DNA of 63,016 nt, filler included, from Phoronis australis (Eukaryota; Animalia; Phoronida): assembly GCA_002633005.1 (NCBI GenBank). It is 10 parts of 10 records of this genome, joined end to end, with 100 filler letters (N's around TTAATTAATTAA, not from the genome) between each part and the next. Parts side by side here need not be neighbours in the genome. Positions count along the whole stretch, not along the records: positions 3,939 to 13,604 come from NMRA01001627.1; positions 13,705 to 29,503 come from NMRA01001520.1; 8 more parts are not named here. The stretch is one strand, 5' to 3'. A model generated the notes under the pieces. The model saw only the letters and a list, made by a program, of their open reading frames with translations. It was not told the DNA's origin and made no database searches. Below are positions 12,859 through 25,429 of this stretch, piece by piece (within the stretch, counting starts at the first letter, position 1; each line of letters begins with the position of its first letter). The translations under genes were made by a program, and so were the position numbers.

Positions 12859-13239
12859 CTGAAAAACACAAAATAGTATATAAATTTACTAACTATTATT
12901 GACTACTGGGATTGCGCAGATCTGTCTGCAATGTTTTCTCTGGGAGCAGCAATTTCCATTGTAAACGTGACTTGTAATAAACGAAGAGAAGATTCATCCC
13001 AGTTTTGCCCGTTTTAAACACAAAGAGCGGAAGACCGTCTGAAAAACTTAAGCATTATGAAATTTCAACGTGTATTCGGACGTATTTGGAATTGATCTTA
13101 GACTTCTAAACAGCCTTTGCATAAAAACATCCGGACAGAAAACAATTGAATAACCATGAAAACGTTAGCGATCACCGAGCGTCACACATGTAAACTCCTT
13201 ATCAACGAGAATAAATGCGCGATGTGTTTGTGGTATTAC

Positions 13240-13356
13240 CTGTACCGTGTGCACCTCTGCCAACCAAACCGTCCACAAGGTACGGTGTATCTAACCGGGA
13301 CCTTTTGACGGCGAGCTTCTCGAACGGGCTGAAGGTAGGTCACCAGGCGACAGCTC
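13240..13356 (-). CDS. EMI-like domain exon
   Basis: cag|(R)SCRLVTYLQPVREARRQKVPVRYTVPCGRFGWQRCTRY(R)|gtaata, phase 2-2. Confidence 0.75.
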
Positions 13357-13475
13357 CTGCAGAAGTATGAAAAACGATTTTACAGACTTACTGATTCGCC
13401 TCTACCACTCTGCCAATAAAACATTATCTTGTTTACAACTGGAATCTTTCTGATACGTACTAGACTTAAATTTAC

Positions 13476-13604
13476 CTGTGCTGACATCTGTAACCAGACG
13501 TGCCCGGCAGACAAGAACACTTGTTGCTGCCAATACAAACGCCACCATTCATGCACGATGGGCGACACGTGAGCAGTCGTCTGTTAGAGCACGTGCTTCC
13601 CCAA
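13476..13604 (-). CDS. EGF-domain exon (5'-truncated by the scaffold end) of an EGF + EMI-like gene
   Basis: WGSTCSNRRLLTCRPSCMNGGVCIGSNKCSCLPGTSGYRCQH(R)|gtaaat has the six-Cys EGF pattern CxPxCxNGGxC...CxCxxGxxGxRC. Confidence 0.85.
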
Positions 13605-14098
13605 NNNNNNNNNNNNNNNNNNNNNNNNNNNNNNNNNNNNNNNNNNNNTTAATTAATTAANNNNNNNNNNNNNNNNNNNNNNNNNNNNNNNNNNNNNNNN
13701 NNNNCTAATATGCTGTTTAGGAGAGGTTGAAAGAAACTTGCCTACTCTTACTAAAAAATCTGAGTTTGCAGCTAAGACTTGTGAAGTGGATTATGTCTTA
13801 ATTGATTTAGTCAAGAGAGATTTGTAAGTGATGTTTTCATGACTTGTGTAGTTTAATAAATGAATACTTGTCCATGAAGCAAGAATTCGTCAAGAACACA
13901 ACTTTGATCTGTTGGTAATCAACACAAATATATACTGTCACACTACATATTAACAACATGCATCCAGCTTTGTATGTAATGTATTTAATAAGTTGGTTTC
14001 CTGGATGAGTAAATCTAGTTTTGAAGTACTGTTCTTATTACAACTACTGTAGGAAATAAGTATAAAATTTGGTGCCTTATGTGAGACGTCCAAATGAT

Positions 14099-15640
14099 TT
14101 TTTATGCGCCCACATATTTATATGTGGACGCATTAAGCCGTCATCTCCGTCCATCCGTCCGTCTGTCCGTCCGTACGGGTGGTGTCCGTCCGGCGTCCGG
14201 TGTCCGGCGTCCGCTGCTCTCCAAAACCCTTTGACATATGTTCATGAAATTTGGCACATATGTTTCATTTATAAATGGGATGGCACGTGCGAACTTTCGG
14301 ACGGATCCGATTACCGGTGTGCCCCCTAGTGGCAATTTTAGTTTTTTACACTTACCTTTGTATCTTCAAAAGTCCTGAACGGATTTTCATGAAATTTGGT
14401 ATGTAGGCATCTATTAGTGATATGACGCTATCCTTCAGTTTTCAGATGGATTCGACATAGTTTGCGCCACTTAGTGTCCATTTTTAGTGTTTTCGAGTCT
14501 GTTTTTGTGCGTCCACCCCTCTATCAACCAAACCGCTCAAAGGATGATTGTGAAAATTGGCATGTATATGCTTACTATGTAGAGGATGGTTGACGATGAT
14601 TTTCCGACGATTTCCACTACTGTGGCGCCTCCTAGTGGCAGTTTTGTTTTTTTGCGCCCATGGCTGTATCTCCTAAACCGTTCGCAGGATCTTTACGAAA
14701 TTGCGTAAGTATATTTATATGATGTTAGCAACGGAAGATGACGACTTTTGGATGGATCCAACTACTGGTGTGCCCCCTAGTGGCAATTTTAGTTTTTTAC
14801 GCTTATCTTTGTATCTTCAAAAGTCCTGAACGGATTTTCATGAAATTTGGTATGTAGGCACCTATTAGTGAGATGACGCATCCTCCCGTTTTCAGATGGA
14901 TTCGACATAGTTTGCGCCACCTAGTGGCCATTTTTACTGTTTTCGAGTCTGTATTTTTGCGTCCACCTCTCTATCAACCAAACCGCTCAAAGGATGATTG
15001 TGAAAATTGGCATGTATGTGCTTACTATAAAGAGGACAGCTGACAATGATTTTCTGACGATTTGGACTACTGTGGCGCCTCCTAGTGGCAGTTTTGTTTT
15101 TTTGCGCCTACGGCTGTATCTCCTAAACCGTTCGCAGGATCTTTTGCACGGATCCGCCTACCAGTGTGCCTCTTAGTGGCAATTTTATTTTTTTACGTTT
15201 AGCTCTGTATCTTCACAAGTCCTTAACGGATTTTCATGAAATTTGGTATGTAGGCACCTATTAGTGCGATGACGCTATCCTCCCGTTTTCGGATGGATTC
15301 GACCTAGTTTGCGACACCCAGTTGCCATTTTTGCTGTTTTTTGGCGTCCACCCTCTATCAACCAAACCGCTCTAAGTATGATTGTGAAAATTGGCATGTA
15401 TGTTCTTACTATGAAGAGGACGGTTGACTCTGAATTTCCCATGACTTTGATTACTGTGGCGTCTCCTAGTGGCACTTTTTTTGCGCCCATGGCTGTATCT
15501 CCCAAACCGTTTGCAGGATCTTTACTAAATTTAGCAAGTGTATTTATGTGATGTTGACAACGGACGATGACGACTTTAGGATGATTCTGACTACCAGTAT
15601 GCCTCTAGTGGCAATTTTAGTATTTTACATTGACCTCTGT
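14099..15640 (+). mobile_element. Non-autonomous Helentron/HINE (DINE-1-like) element with internal tandem repeats
   Basis: It starts in a T-run with the hairpin TTATGCGCCCACATA/TATGTGGACGCATTAA, followed by a (CCGT/CTGT)n microsatellite. Tandem units of about 400-450 bp follow, built from ~150-bp CCTAGTGGC subrepeats. Confidence 0.7.
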
Positions 15641-16987
15641 ATTTTCATAGGTCTTCAGGTGTATACTTTGTATTACTTCGTGACTATGAAGGAAAAGTTC
15701 CAAGTAGAAATTTGTTTCTGGCATTCTAATGCTGTGCTAATCTCGTATGTTGGTAAATTTGTTTTTACTTCTATATTTCTGTGGTGCTTTAAGCAACTGT
15801 TGTATAGGATGTGCTTGTATTATNNNNNNNNNNNNNNNNNNNNNNNNNNNNNNNNNNNNNNNNNNNNNNNNNNNNNNNNNNNNNNNNNNNNNNNNNNNNN
15901 NNNNNNNNNNNNNNNNNNNNNNNNNNNNNNNNNNNNNNNNNNNNNNNNNNNNNNNNNNNNNNNNNNNNNNNNNNNNNNNNNNNNNNNNNNNNNNNNNNNN
16001 NNNNNNNNNNNNNNNNNNNNNNNNNNNNNNNNNNNNNNNNNNNNNNNNNNNNNNNNNNNNNNNNNNNNNNNNNNNNNNNNNNNNNNNNNNNNNNNNNNNN
16101 NNNNNNNNNNNNNNNNNNNNNNNNNNNNNNNNNNNNNNNNNNNNNNNNNNNNNNNNNNNNNNNNNNNNNNNNNNNNNNNNNNNNNNNNNNNNNNNNNNNN
16201 NNNNNNNNNNNNNNNNNNNNNNNNNNNNNNNNNNNNNNNNNNNNNNNNNNNNNNNNNNNNNNNNNNNNNNNNNNNNNNNNNNNNNNNNNNNNNNNNNNNN
16301 NNNNNNNNNNNNNNNNNNNNNNNNNNNNNNNNNNNNNNNNNNNNNNNNNNNNNNNNNNNNNNNNNNNNNNNNNNNNNNNNNNNNNNNNNNNNNNNNNNNN
16401 NNNNNNNNNNNNNNNNNNNNNNNNNNNNNNNNNNNNNNNNNNNNNNNNNNNNNNNNNNNNNNNNNNNNNNNNNNNNNNNNNNNNNNNNNNNNNNNNNNNN
16501 NNNGTGAAATGAATTTTTCTAAGCGTTTGTTTGAGCCAATACAGTATACAGCTTTCCACCAAGGCTAGGTGATGCAAGACATTATTACTTGTTCTTTGTT
16601 GCATTATAGTAACTGGTCTTGGCTAATTATCATTTTATGGCCTGGTCATCCATTCAGCCCAAAGTAGTTCCAGAGGTGGCTTATCAGCCAATTATTCACG
16701 CATGCTGACTCACAATAGAAGCCTGATAAGAGTGAAGGTGGATAAATGCGGTGTTCCTACAGTTTCTTGTTTTAGTGGATGTGTTCACGACATGTGGCCA
16801 CTTTATGGTACCAATAAACAACCCTAGAAGGATAACGTATACGGTGCAATTGTGGGCGCATTTCAACGCTGTGCGTTGCTCTTGTTTGATTTTCTCAGAT
16901 TCGTGTTTGCCAGTGAGAGAGAAGCAGCTCCCAAGATTGTTGTGGCAGCTGATATTTTATTGTGTTGCTTACATTGAGCTAACTAAT

Positions 16988-17261
16988 ATGTTGGGCTTAC
17001 TACATCTCATTCATTCTTCTTTTCTTGTTAAAGCTGTTGGCCTCTACAACAGTTACAGGGGAGACTACTCTTGCATGTCACCGTCTTATACATGGACATC
17101 TCAAACAGTGTTTGAGTGTGCTGACACCTGTTGGATGAATAAAAACTGCCAAGGATTTGTCTACAACTTTGATTCTTCAATGTGTTCCTTTAGTGGCCAG
17201 AGTTTTTGTGTTAATAAGAATGTTGTTCTTGGAATCCAAGGGATTTTCAGTTATGTCAAAG
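16988..17261 (+). CDS. First coding exon of a secreted PAN/apple + EGF-repeat protein
   Basis: Hydrophobic N-terminus MLGLLHLIHSSFLVKAVG, then TVFECADTCWMNKNCQGFVYNFDSSMCSF (PAN/apple CxxxC...CxGFxY...C pattern). Phase-1 donor g|gtaaag. Confidence 0.75.
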
Positions 17262-17529
17262 GTAAAGTAACGCGTCATTCAGTTCAGTTGGTGCATGACA
17301 AAGTCTGTACGTTTTTCTAATGTCCTTGGCAATACGGGATATAGATGTCCAATAGGGCTGCTGGTGGGAAATTAGGTAGATTTCCAGTGCAAGTTGATAG
17401 TCAGACTATTTCAAATTTATTAAATACTATAAGAATTATTGTTACCACAAAACAGATATGTCAAAGCAAGTCACTCTTTGCAATTTGAATTCACTTATAT
17501 TGTCAGAGGAAGATGGGGCTTAAAGGTAA

Positions 17530-18060
17530 AATATACTCATTGTACTCAGCTGATTTTGGGATTGTATGAATTAACCAAAGTGTAGCCGAGAAGGACATTT
17601 TTGTAAACAAATTCAGAAATAGATGTAAAGACATGGAATATCAAGATCAGAATGGAGAAGTGTTGTCTCAGAGTAGTCTTGCTATATAGAGATTGTTTGA
17701 AAACAATCTCGTATTGGAATATTTAATCCTGTGTCTCATGTTAGAATTTGTTCAGTTTTCTAGCTTGGTAAATTTAGTCAGATGTGCTCATGCAATTCAG
17801 TTTAATATAGACTAGAGGTAGAAGAATGCGTAGTGAATGTTCACAAAGGGTGTTATGTGTTGAGACTTGAATATTGTGGAAAATGAAATTATTAATTTTT
17901 TCTTTTGTCAATTTTATATAACAGTCTTTGCCAGCGATATTTACCACCTATTAGCAATATTGGCTATGGCACTTTAAATTGTAAATATAATGAAAACAAA
18001 CGGTATCAATGAGTTAAGAAACTTTTGTTTTATTAAAAGCAAAAAGTCTCGAATCCATTG
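17530..18060 (+). pseudogene. Decayed 3' fragment of a LINE related to the 25430-27666 ORF2
   Basis: FGIV*INQSVAEKDIFVNKFRNRCKDMEYQ resembles FGEAWYNQGVGSETSFTSLFKQKCKDIDQQ of the downstream element. Confidence 0.55.
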
Positions 18061-18329
18061 TCGATCCCTTGTGTACTTATTTATACAGTATTAGGTTAAA
18101 ATTGTTTGCAATGTGGGATGTTAGCCCATAAAATATAATTGAAAAAAGTGCAGTGTTTAATGCTTTTGTTAATTACCTTATCTTTGTTTTTTAAACATTC
18201 TGTGAATATTAATGGGGATTTGCAATGTTGTAAAATTGGTTTCAGTTTTTCATCTTAATGCAAGAACTATGGGTTGTTCATCTTTCAACAAATAAGTCTC
18301 ATCTTACAGTTAACTTTTTCCTGTTTCAG

Positions 18330-18578
18330 TTGCCAAGACACCTGATAACTATGACGACTCAGACACTGACTACTGTGCAACAAACCCATGTGTCAACGGC
18401 ACCTGTCATAATGACACCTTTACTTACAAATGTACCTGTAACCCGGGTTACGCTGGAGCACGTTGCCAACATGATATTGATGACTGTAAGAAGAACAATG
18501 ACTGCCAGAATGAAGCTACATGTGTCGACTTGCCTGGAACTATGGGTCATAAGTGTCAATGTTCAAGAGGCTGGAATG
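18330..18578 (+). CDS. EGF-repeat exon (about two EGF domains)
   Basis: DYCATNPCVNGTCHNDTFTYKCTCNPGYAGARCQHDIDDCKKNNDCQNEATCVDLPGTMGHKCQCSRGWN(G), phase 1-1. Confidence 0.9.
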
Positions 18579-19505
18579 GTAAGTAAATTGAGAAGTAGCA
18601 TTCGTCGAGTGTTCTCTTACATCACATGATTTACTGTGCATCTTAATAACCCAACATCAGTATGCACTTTAAAATGACTTTCATATTTTGTTCTGCACAT
18701 TTTGAGGTGTCTTAAAGCGGCATGGAATGTGGTAACTTGTCAAAAATATCTTTAAAAAATTCCTGACAAAAGTCCCACCTTGCAACATTACACAATTATT
18801 CACCCTCCACTGTGAGGAATTGTCCAGAAAAAATCACGAAATTTTATTTTTGAAATGCGAGCAAAGGAAAAACGCTGTAGTCACCACAGAGTTTTGAATC
18901 CCCCTCCCACTTATGATAAATGTGTGCATGCGCTGTCATTTTACAAATATCTGATTGACAAGATAGATTATCATGTGTGATTGCACTCCAAATAGGAGGT
19001 TGACAGCACAGTATGACGCAAGTCAGTGAAGCAAACAATTTTCAAAAAAGAATTCAAAGTGCACTTTAGAATTTATTTGAATATTATGATACATTGTTAC
19101 TATTTTTAAACAGTTAGGACTTACATCAATTGCTTCTTAATTGGACTGGCTGTTGTCATTGTTTTGTTTACATCAAAGGTCAAAGGTCACATTTTCCATA
19201 ATATAGAAAATGTGTCATGTCTATGTCTTGCCATACCAAATAAGGAGTTGTGCTTTGCCTTCTGGGAGAATATGCAGCAAGGTGACCTGCAATTGAAATT
19301 TGAAACTAAAAGAAAAATACTTTGACGTCAACAGGAATTCAAAATCTTGGCATACAAACCATAAAAATACCTGGTGTAAAGGATGAATTCCATTTCATTA
19401 GCTGACGACTATTTTGAATAATACAATTTAGTCTTTTTTTGCAGTCCAGCCTGTTCAAAATGATACACATGGTCTTCTTTCTCCTGATATATGAGTGTTT
19501 TTCAG

Positions 19506-19633
19506 GGACTAATTGTAATCACAACATTGATGAATGTGCATCTCATAACTGCAGTGGACGTGGTTTGTGTGTGGACCTGGTCGATGACTTCATGTGCACA
19601 TGTGATGGGGGATACTTTGGCAATAGATGTCAG
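19506..19633 (+). CDS. Ca-binding EGF exon
   Basis: (G)TNCNHNIDECASHNCSGRGLCVDLVDDFMCTCDGGYFGNRCQ|gtaaat. Confidence 0.9.
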
Positions 19634-20159
19634 GTAAATTTTACACAATGTTGTCTTGCTTGTGCTGAGTGACAATAATACAATAATTTTATGTATTGTT
19701 AAAAGTTGCATTAATATTTCACAATAGTATGGAAATAATTGTAACAATTTTGAGCTTGCATCCTCCCAAATGTGAATCACCTCAATAAACCATCACGAGG
19801 AAGCAAAAGTAAAATCAAATGGTCTTTCAAGTATGTTTATGTCAGATTTTTACTAAATTTTATACATGTCACATATAGATGGGACAAATTAAAATTATAA
19901 AACAAACAGCTTCTCTTTTAAATTATTAAAACTATCAGCCAAAATTTAGAAGCTGTTTAAAGAAATATTTCACAATTTAACTTGAACAGCTTCTAAAGAA
20001 CTTTTGACAGTAATTTCCTAGTGATAGGATAAGCCAGTTGATATGTCATGTGGATGACTGTGTGTTGCTGAAACATGTGACCGCAAGTACTTAATGTTTA
20101 ATTATGTTAAGACTGTTTCATTAGTTAATACCTTCTGACTGTAGAGCACGATGTTTGAT

Positions 20160-20400
20160 TCTTGCTTTCAGAAAGAAGTAAACGAGTGTATTGCTGGTCC
20201 TTATTGCTATCAGTCGGAATGTGAAGATCTATGTTAATGTTTGATCTATTTACAGCATGAAATAAATGAGTGTCTTGCTGGTCCTTATTGCTATCAGTCG
20301 GAATGTGAAGATTTATGTTAATGTTTGATCTATTTACAGCATGAAATAAATGAGTGTCTTGCTGGTCCTTGTCGCCATCAGTCGCAATGTGAAAATTTGG
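20160..20400 (+). repeat. 84-bp tandem triplication of a splice acceptor plus EGF exon start
   Basis: Exon starts follow CAG at 20172, 20256 and 20340. The first two copies end in-frame at TGT TAA. Confidence 0.88.
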
Positions 20401-20439
20401 TGAATGACTTTTACTGCCGTTGTAGACCAGGCTGGACAG
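20340..20439 (+). CDS. Ca-binding EGF exon (intact third copy of a triplicated acceptor)
   Basis: cag|HEINECLAGPCRHQSQCENLVNDFYCRCRPGWT(G)|gt. Confidence 0.85.
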
Positions 20440-20790
20440 GTTTGTGTTGAGTTCAGTTGTGATTTCAACAATTTGAATAACATTGTTGACGTTTTATATG
20501 ATGCTTGTTATGCACCTCCATATATATTGGCCGGTAGGTGTCGCATTATAAGCATCCAGGTGAGAATTGTGTCTCGAAAATTGATTCTTTTGACTGAACA
20601 AGTGAAGTATTTTCATCAAATTTGTGGTTTGGTTGAGAGAGATAAACACAGTGACCTCGTGGAGGCTGACAAATTGTGTGCTACTCACTTCAGAAGTGAA
20701 TATTTAGCATGTGTGTAGAGCACCTGAGGAAGAAGGAATAACAGCACCCTGTCCGCCATTAATTGACCTACTTACGTAATATTAGCGATA

Positions 20791-21313
20791 ATGCCAGGGT
20801 CTAGGAAGACAACAACACCTTCAGTCAGTGACAGGTCAGTGACTCGAAGCATTTCGTCCTATATGCCTAGAAGTGAGACGAGCCCGAAGACTACAGATAT
20901 ATCTAACCGTCAACTATTAGAGATAATAAACGACAAGTTCGAAAAGCTGTCCAACGATTTTGAGTCTCTCAGACGCGATTATGCCATGTCAAGGGAAGAG
21001 AGCTCTATCTTACGTGATCAGGTCAAATCACTGGAAGAAAAGTTAGTTGATTTAGAGAATCGATCCAGGCGAGACAACCTTATATTCCATGGCATGGTTG
21101 AAAATGGTAATGAAACCTGGGAAGAATCGGAAAAGCAACTTGAAGAGTTTCTCAAGGAGCAGCTGAACATTGTAGATATAAACATCGAGAGAGCTCACAG
21201 ACTGGGCTGTAGAACCCAGGGGAAAGTGCGGCCCATAATAGCAAAACTGAATTCGAAAGATAAGCAAAAAATAATGAAACGGAGAGAAGTGAGGGACCCC
21301 AACATATTCATAA
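20791..21313 (+). mobile_element. LINE ORF1 (L1-ORF1/Transposase_22-like coiled coil + RRM), interrupted by an insertion
   Basis: Coiled coil, then LENRSRRDNLIFHGMVE...IERAHRLG...RPIIAKL, the hallmark of L1-type ORF1 proteins. The ORF-track tail after NIFIT comes from the repeat insertion. Confidence 0.82.
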
Positions 21314-21640
21314 CCCATACCAAAAAAAGCCTTCCTGCAAACACTTGCCGCAAGCTTGCTGCAAAAGTTTCTGCAAACCAGCCGCAAACACGAAGAATCA
21401 ACTCTGAACAAAGAGTGGATGCAAATTTCCTACAACCCAGCCGCAAACATTGCCGCAAGCTTGCGGCATGCTTGCCGCAAACATGCAGCAAACTTTTACC
21501 ATGCAAATGAAGTTTGCCGCAAGCTTGCAGCAAACATCTCTATGTCCTTATATGGAACAGTTCCTGCAACCCAGCCGCACACATTGCTGCAAGCTTGCCG
21601 CAAACATCTGCATGGGGTTATATAGAAGTTTCTGCGAACC
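21314..21640. mobile_element. Terminus of a nested DNA transposon with subterminal repeats (EnSpm/CACTA-like, tentative)
   Basis: Abrupt CCCATACC start within ORF1, followed by many GCCGCAAGCTTGC / GCCGCAAACA motifs. The other end was not found. Confidence 0.5.
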
Positions 21641-24600
21641 ACCAGAAAAAATATTGGATGCAAGACTACAACATACTTGAGTTGTGGCATAAATAATTTA
21701 ATGTAGAAATGCCAGCTGACAAATACATAATTTTTATTGCATGCCCGCTTGTTAAAGCAAGAAAATACACAATCAGCTGCACACTGGATTAAACATGATA
21801 ATTTTCAATCTGATGTATAATGACTAGAAATTAAAACAAAATCACATGACAATGAATAACAGAAAATATAAAAGTGTCTACAGTGGCAATTAGTAATAAT
21901 ACTTGTATTACAATCAAAATTGTGTCTTACGAGAACAACTTGAATGTATGCAAGCTTTAATTACAATATACCTAGATTTTTTATTCTTAACGCACGTCAA
22001 AATCTATAATAATTGCAACAACGATATTATTTACCCGACTAAACTAACAACAGCAACACAGAGCGTTGAAATGCACCCAACGGGGTGTTTATTAGCACTC
22101 AGTGAAAATGGCGCAAAATATGTCCAATGCCAGTGGCGAAAACCATGTAATCTGACTTTCCCCCGTGGAAAGGCATCCTTAGAACAGCATGTCGAGCATA
22201 TTTAAGCATTTTATTTTAAATTACCTCATTACTTGCCAACTGAAAAAAATCACTCTTAAAGATTATAAACATATTTATTTTTCCCATGTTCATCTAAAAT
22301 ACTTGAAAACTGTCGAATACTTCATCGATTACTATTTTTGCTTCCCAAATATGGTTTCATGATACATCAGTCTACTGAATGGGCTATCATTGAACTTGTA
22401 GGCCTATGTTGAAATTTGCAATATTTTGACCATAGCGATAACCAATAACATCATTCATTTATCTAAGGCATCAACCATAAATTATACCCTTCTATTCTGC
22501 AATATTACTATGGTGTTGAAAAGAACAACTACAGAGGTTATATCCAGTTATTACCATACTAGTGGACGTTCTAAACACATTCTACTCCAGACTAATCTGC
22601 ATTACAGCGATCGGAGGTGTTCCATAGGGTTCATATGGGATGATCGCTAGTGTTTTCATCCATGTTTGTTCGACCCAACCTTGAGATGTTGTGTACGCCA
22701 TATTTGTTCCGGTGTTTTCAACTCAAACTTGTTGCCTCGTAACCTCTGCATTGTCTCTGGCTTTCATCAAGTACATTATGTCACTCAATATTCACAAACC
22801 TATAATAAGAATGCCATTTCACTTTCCACAAAAATGCATTTGTGATAGCATTATTAGAATCTCCATTACGTTTTAAGTCGAACATTTGGTCTTCTGCTCA
22901 TGTATGCACAGACAGTTAAACTTGTGTTCAATAGTTTGACTGCAGACTGAGAATGCGTATGACTGAAGGTGATGGCAGTTAAAACACCTACCAGTAGTTA
23001 AATATACAACATGCTAATCTTATTTTGTGCCCAATAATTACCATGCATTTAACCAAAATTTGTTGTTCCTATTGTGAATCAAACAATCAGAGAGTGATGT
23101 GAAAATTGACACAAACTTAGTTTTACAGTCTCAATTAAGTGATTATTTTGAAGGACTGGTTACTTGTAACTTGACAATGTTTTGGAAACTAGTTGATTCT
23201 GGTCTCGACCCCAGTTAACTCATTTGAAATCTGTGCTGTACTTTTCCCTAACCATTATAACCTCCAATTTGGCTGAATCAGTAAGAAAATCAACTTGCTT
23301 TTGTTTGTAAGACCAAAACTACTGATTCATGAATGAAGTCTAACTAATTTTACTTAACAATCGGATCAATATAAATACAATTTTAAATTCAAAACTCTCA
23401 TCCATACAGTTCTTCAGTTATCCATGTAGAGTCTAGGCTGTACCAAAACCGTTTGAATTTGGTTCAAATGAAAGCTTATAGGTCACTTCCCAGGCATGTA
23501 ACCTTGACAACCACATGCCTTCCTTGATAACAGTCCCACCAGATCAACATGTGGCTGGGCTAGCATAATTTAAATAAACAATCAACAGCCCTAGAGGCAT
23601 TAAACATTAATGTATTTCAAGAGGCATTCCTTGAAAACTGTCCTAGCAGTTCAACATGTAGGTGGGCTAGTATGATTAAAGTGAACAATAACCCTAGAAG
23701 CATAAAANTAATTTAAATAAACAATCAACAGCCCTAGAGGCATTAAACATTAATGTATTTCAAAAGGCATTCCTTGAAAACTGTCCTAGCGGTTCAACAT
23801 GTAGGTGGGCTAGTATGATTAAAGTGAACAATAACCCTAGAAGCATAAAACAATAATATAAGGATACTAGTGAAATTAAATTTCTTATTTTTTCATAAAT
23901 AATGTGGCAGTACCACAAGAATCCCGAGTCATATCCAAGTCCGTCCCATAGCTGCTGAACGACAATATTTTGAAAAATTATGAGTCTTCACAACAATGCT
24001 AAATGTCCTTGAAAAATCAAAATGAGTAATTTTTGGCAATTTTTTTGTCCGAAATAGACAAAATTTTACTGTAGCTACAGACTGGTAGCTACCACCTGAT
24101 TATGAGATAATTTCAAATGTTGGAAAAGTACAAATTGCTCTAAATGCTAATACTTGCACATTTGGTAAAACTGGATCATATATTTGTGTATGGTTTGTAT
24201 TGATATTTATTGTGCTTGTTTACACGACATGCAGGTAACACTGCCTTTGTTGTTTTAAAGCAATTGCATTTAATATTTTGCTGTACTGACTTTGACAGCA
24301 GTATGAAAGGAAAATGAAAACTTGTTAACTATAGTGACTGAATAAAAAACAAAGAACATACTGATGCAGTTATCTTCTCTAGTGTTTTAGGTCTCATTTG
24401 GTCATCTTTGAGCATTTGCTGTTTTTAACAATGTAACTTACCCAACAATAGGTCACATTTAGGTAAGTAATCTAAAATAAGTAACTGCCCTGCTTAGCTT
24501 CTGGGATTTGAGGTTTCTTTGAAATTTAGAAAATAAAAAACAATTTCACAATTTCTAACATTGTCACAATATCAATGCTAACACTTTAAACATTGAAGTT

Positions 24601-25429
24601 TACNNNNNNNNNNNNNNNNNNNNNNNNNNNNNNNNNNNNNNNNNNNNNNNNNNNNNNNNNNNNNNNNNNNNNNNNNNNNNNNNNNNNNNNNNNNNNNNNN
24701 NNNNNNNNNNNNNNNNNNNNNNNNNNNNNNNNNNNNNNNNNNNNNNNNNNNNNNNNNNNNNNNNNNNNNNNNNNNNNNNNNNNNNNNNNNNNNNNNNNNN
24801 NNNNNNNNNNNNNNNNNNNNNNNNNNNNNNNNNNNNNNNNNNNNNNNNNNNNNNNNNNNNNNNNNNNNNNNNNNNNNNNNNNNNNNNNNNNNNNNNNNNN
24901 NNNNNNNNNNNNNNNNNNNNNNNNNNNNNNNNNNNNNNNNNNNNNNNNNNNNNNNNNNNNNNNNNNNNNNNNNNNNNNNNNNNNNNNNNNNNNNNNNNNN
25001 NNNNNNNNNNNNNNNNNNNNNNNNNNNNNNNNNNNNNNNNNNNNNNNNNNNNNNNNNNNNNNNNNNNNNNNNNNNNNNNNNNNNNNNNNNNNNNNNNNNN
25101 NNNNNNNNNNNNNNNNNNNNNNNNNNNNNNNNNNNNNNNNNNNNNNNNNNNNNNNNNNNNNNNNNNNNNNNNNNNNNNNNNNNNNNNNNNNNNNNNNNNN
25201 NNNNNNNNNNNNNNNNNNNNNNNNNNNNNNNNNNNNNNNNNNNNNNNNNNNNNNNNNNNNNNNNNNNNNNNNNNNNNNNNNNNNNNNNNNNNNNNNNNNN
25301 NNNNNNNNNNNNNNNNNNNNNNNNNNNNNNNNNNNNNNNNNNNNNNNNNNNNNNNNNNNNNNNNNNNNNNNNNNNNNNNNNNNNNNNNNNNNNNNNNNNN
25401 NNNNNNNNNNNNNNNNNNNNNNNNNNNNA

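Noticed and set aside
21052-21696. Cluster of overlapping Cys/Ala-rich ORFs
   Set aside because: They arise from the palindromic GCAAGCTTGC subterminal repeats and the antisense of ORF1.
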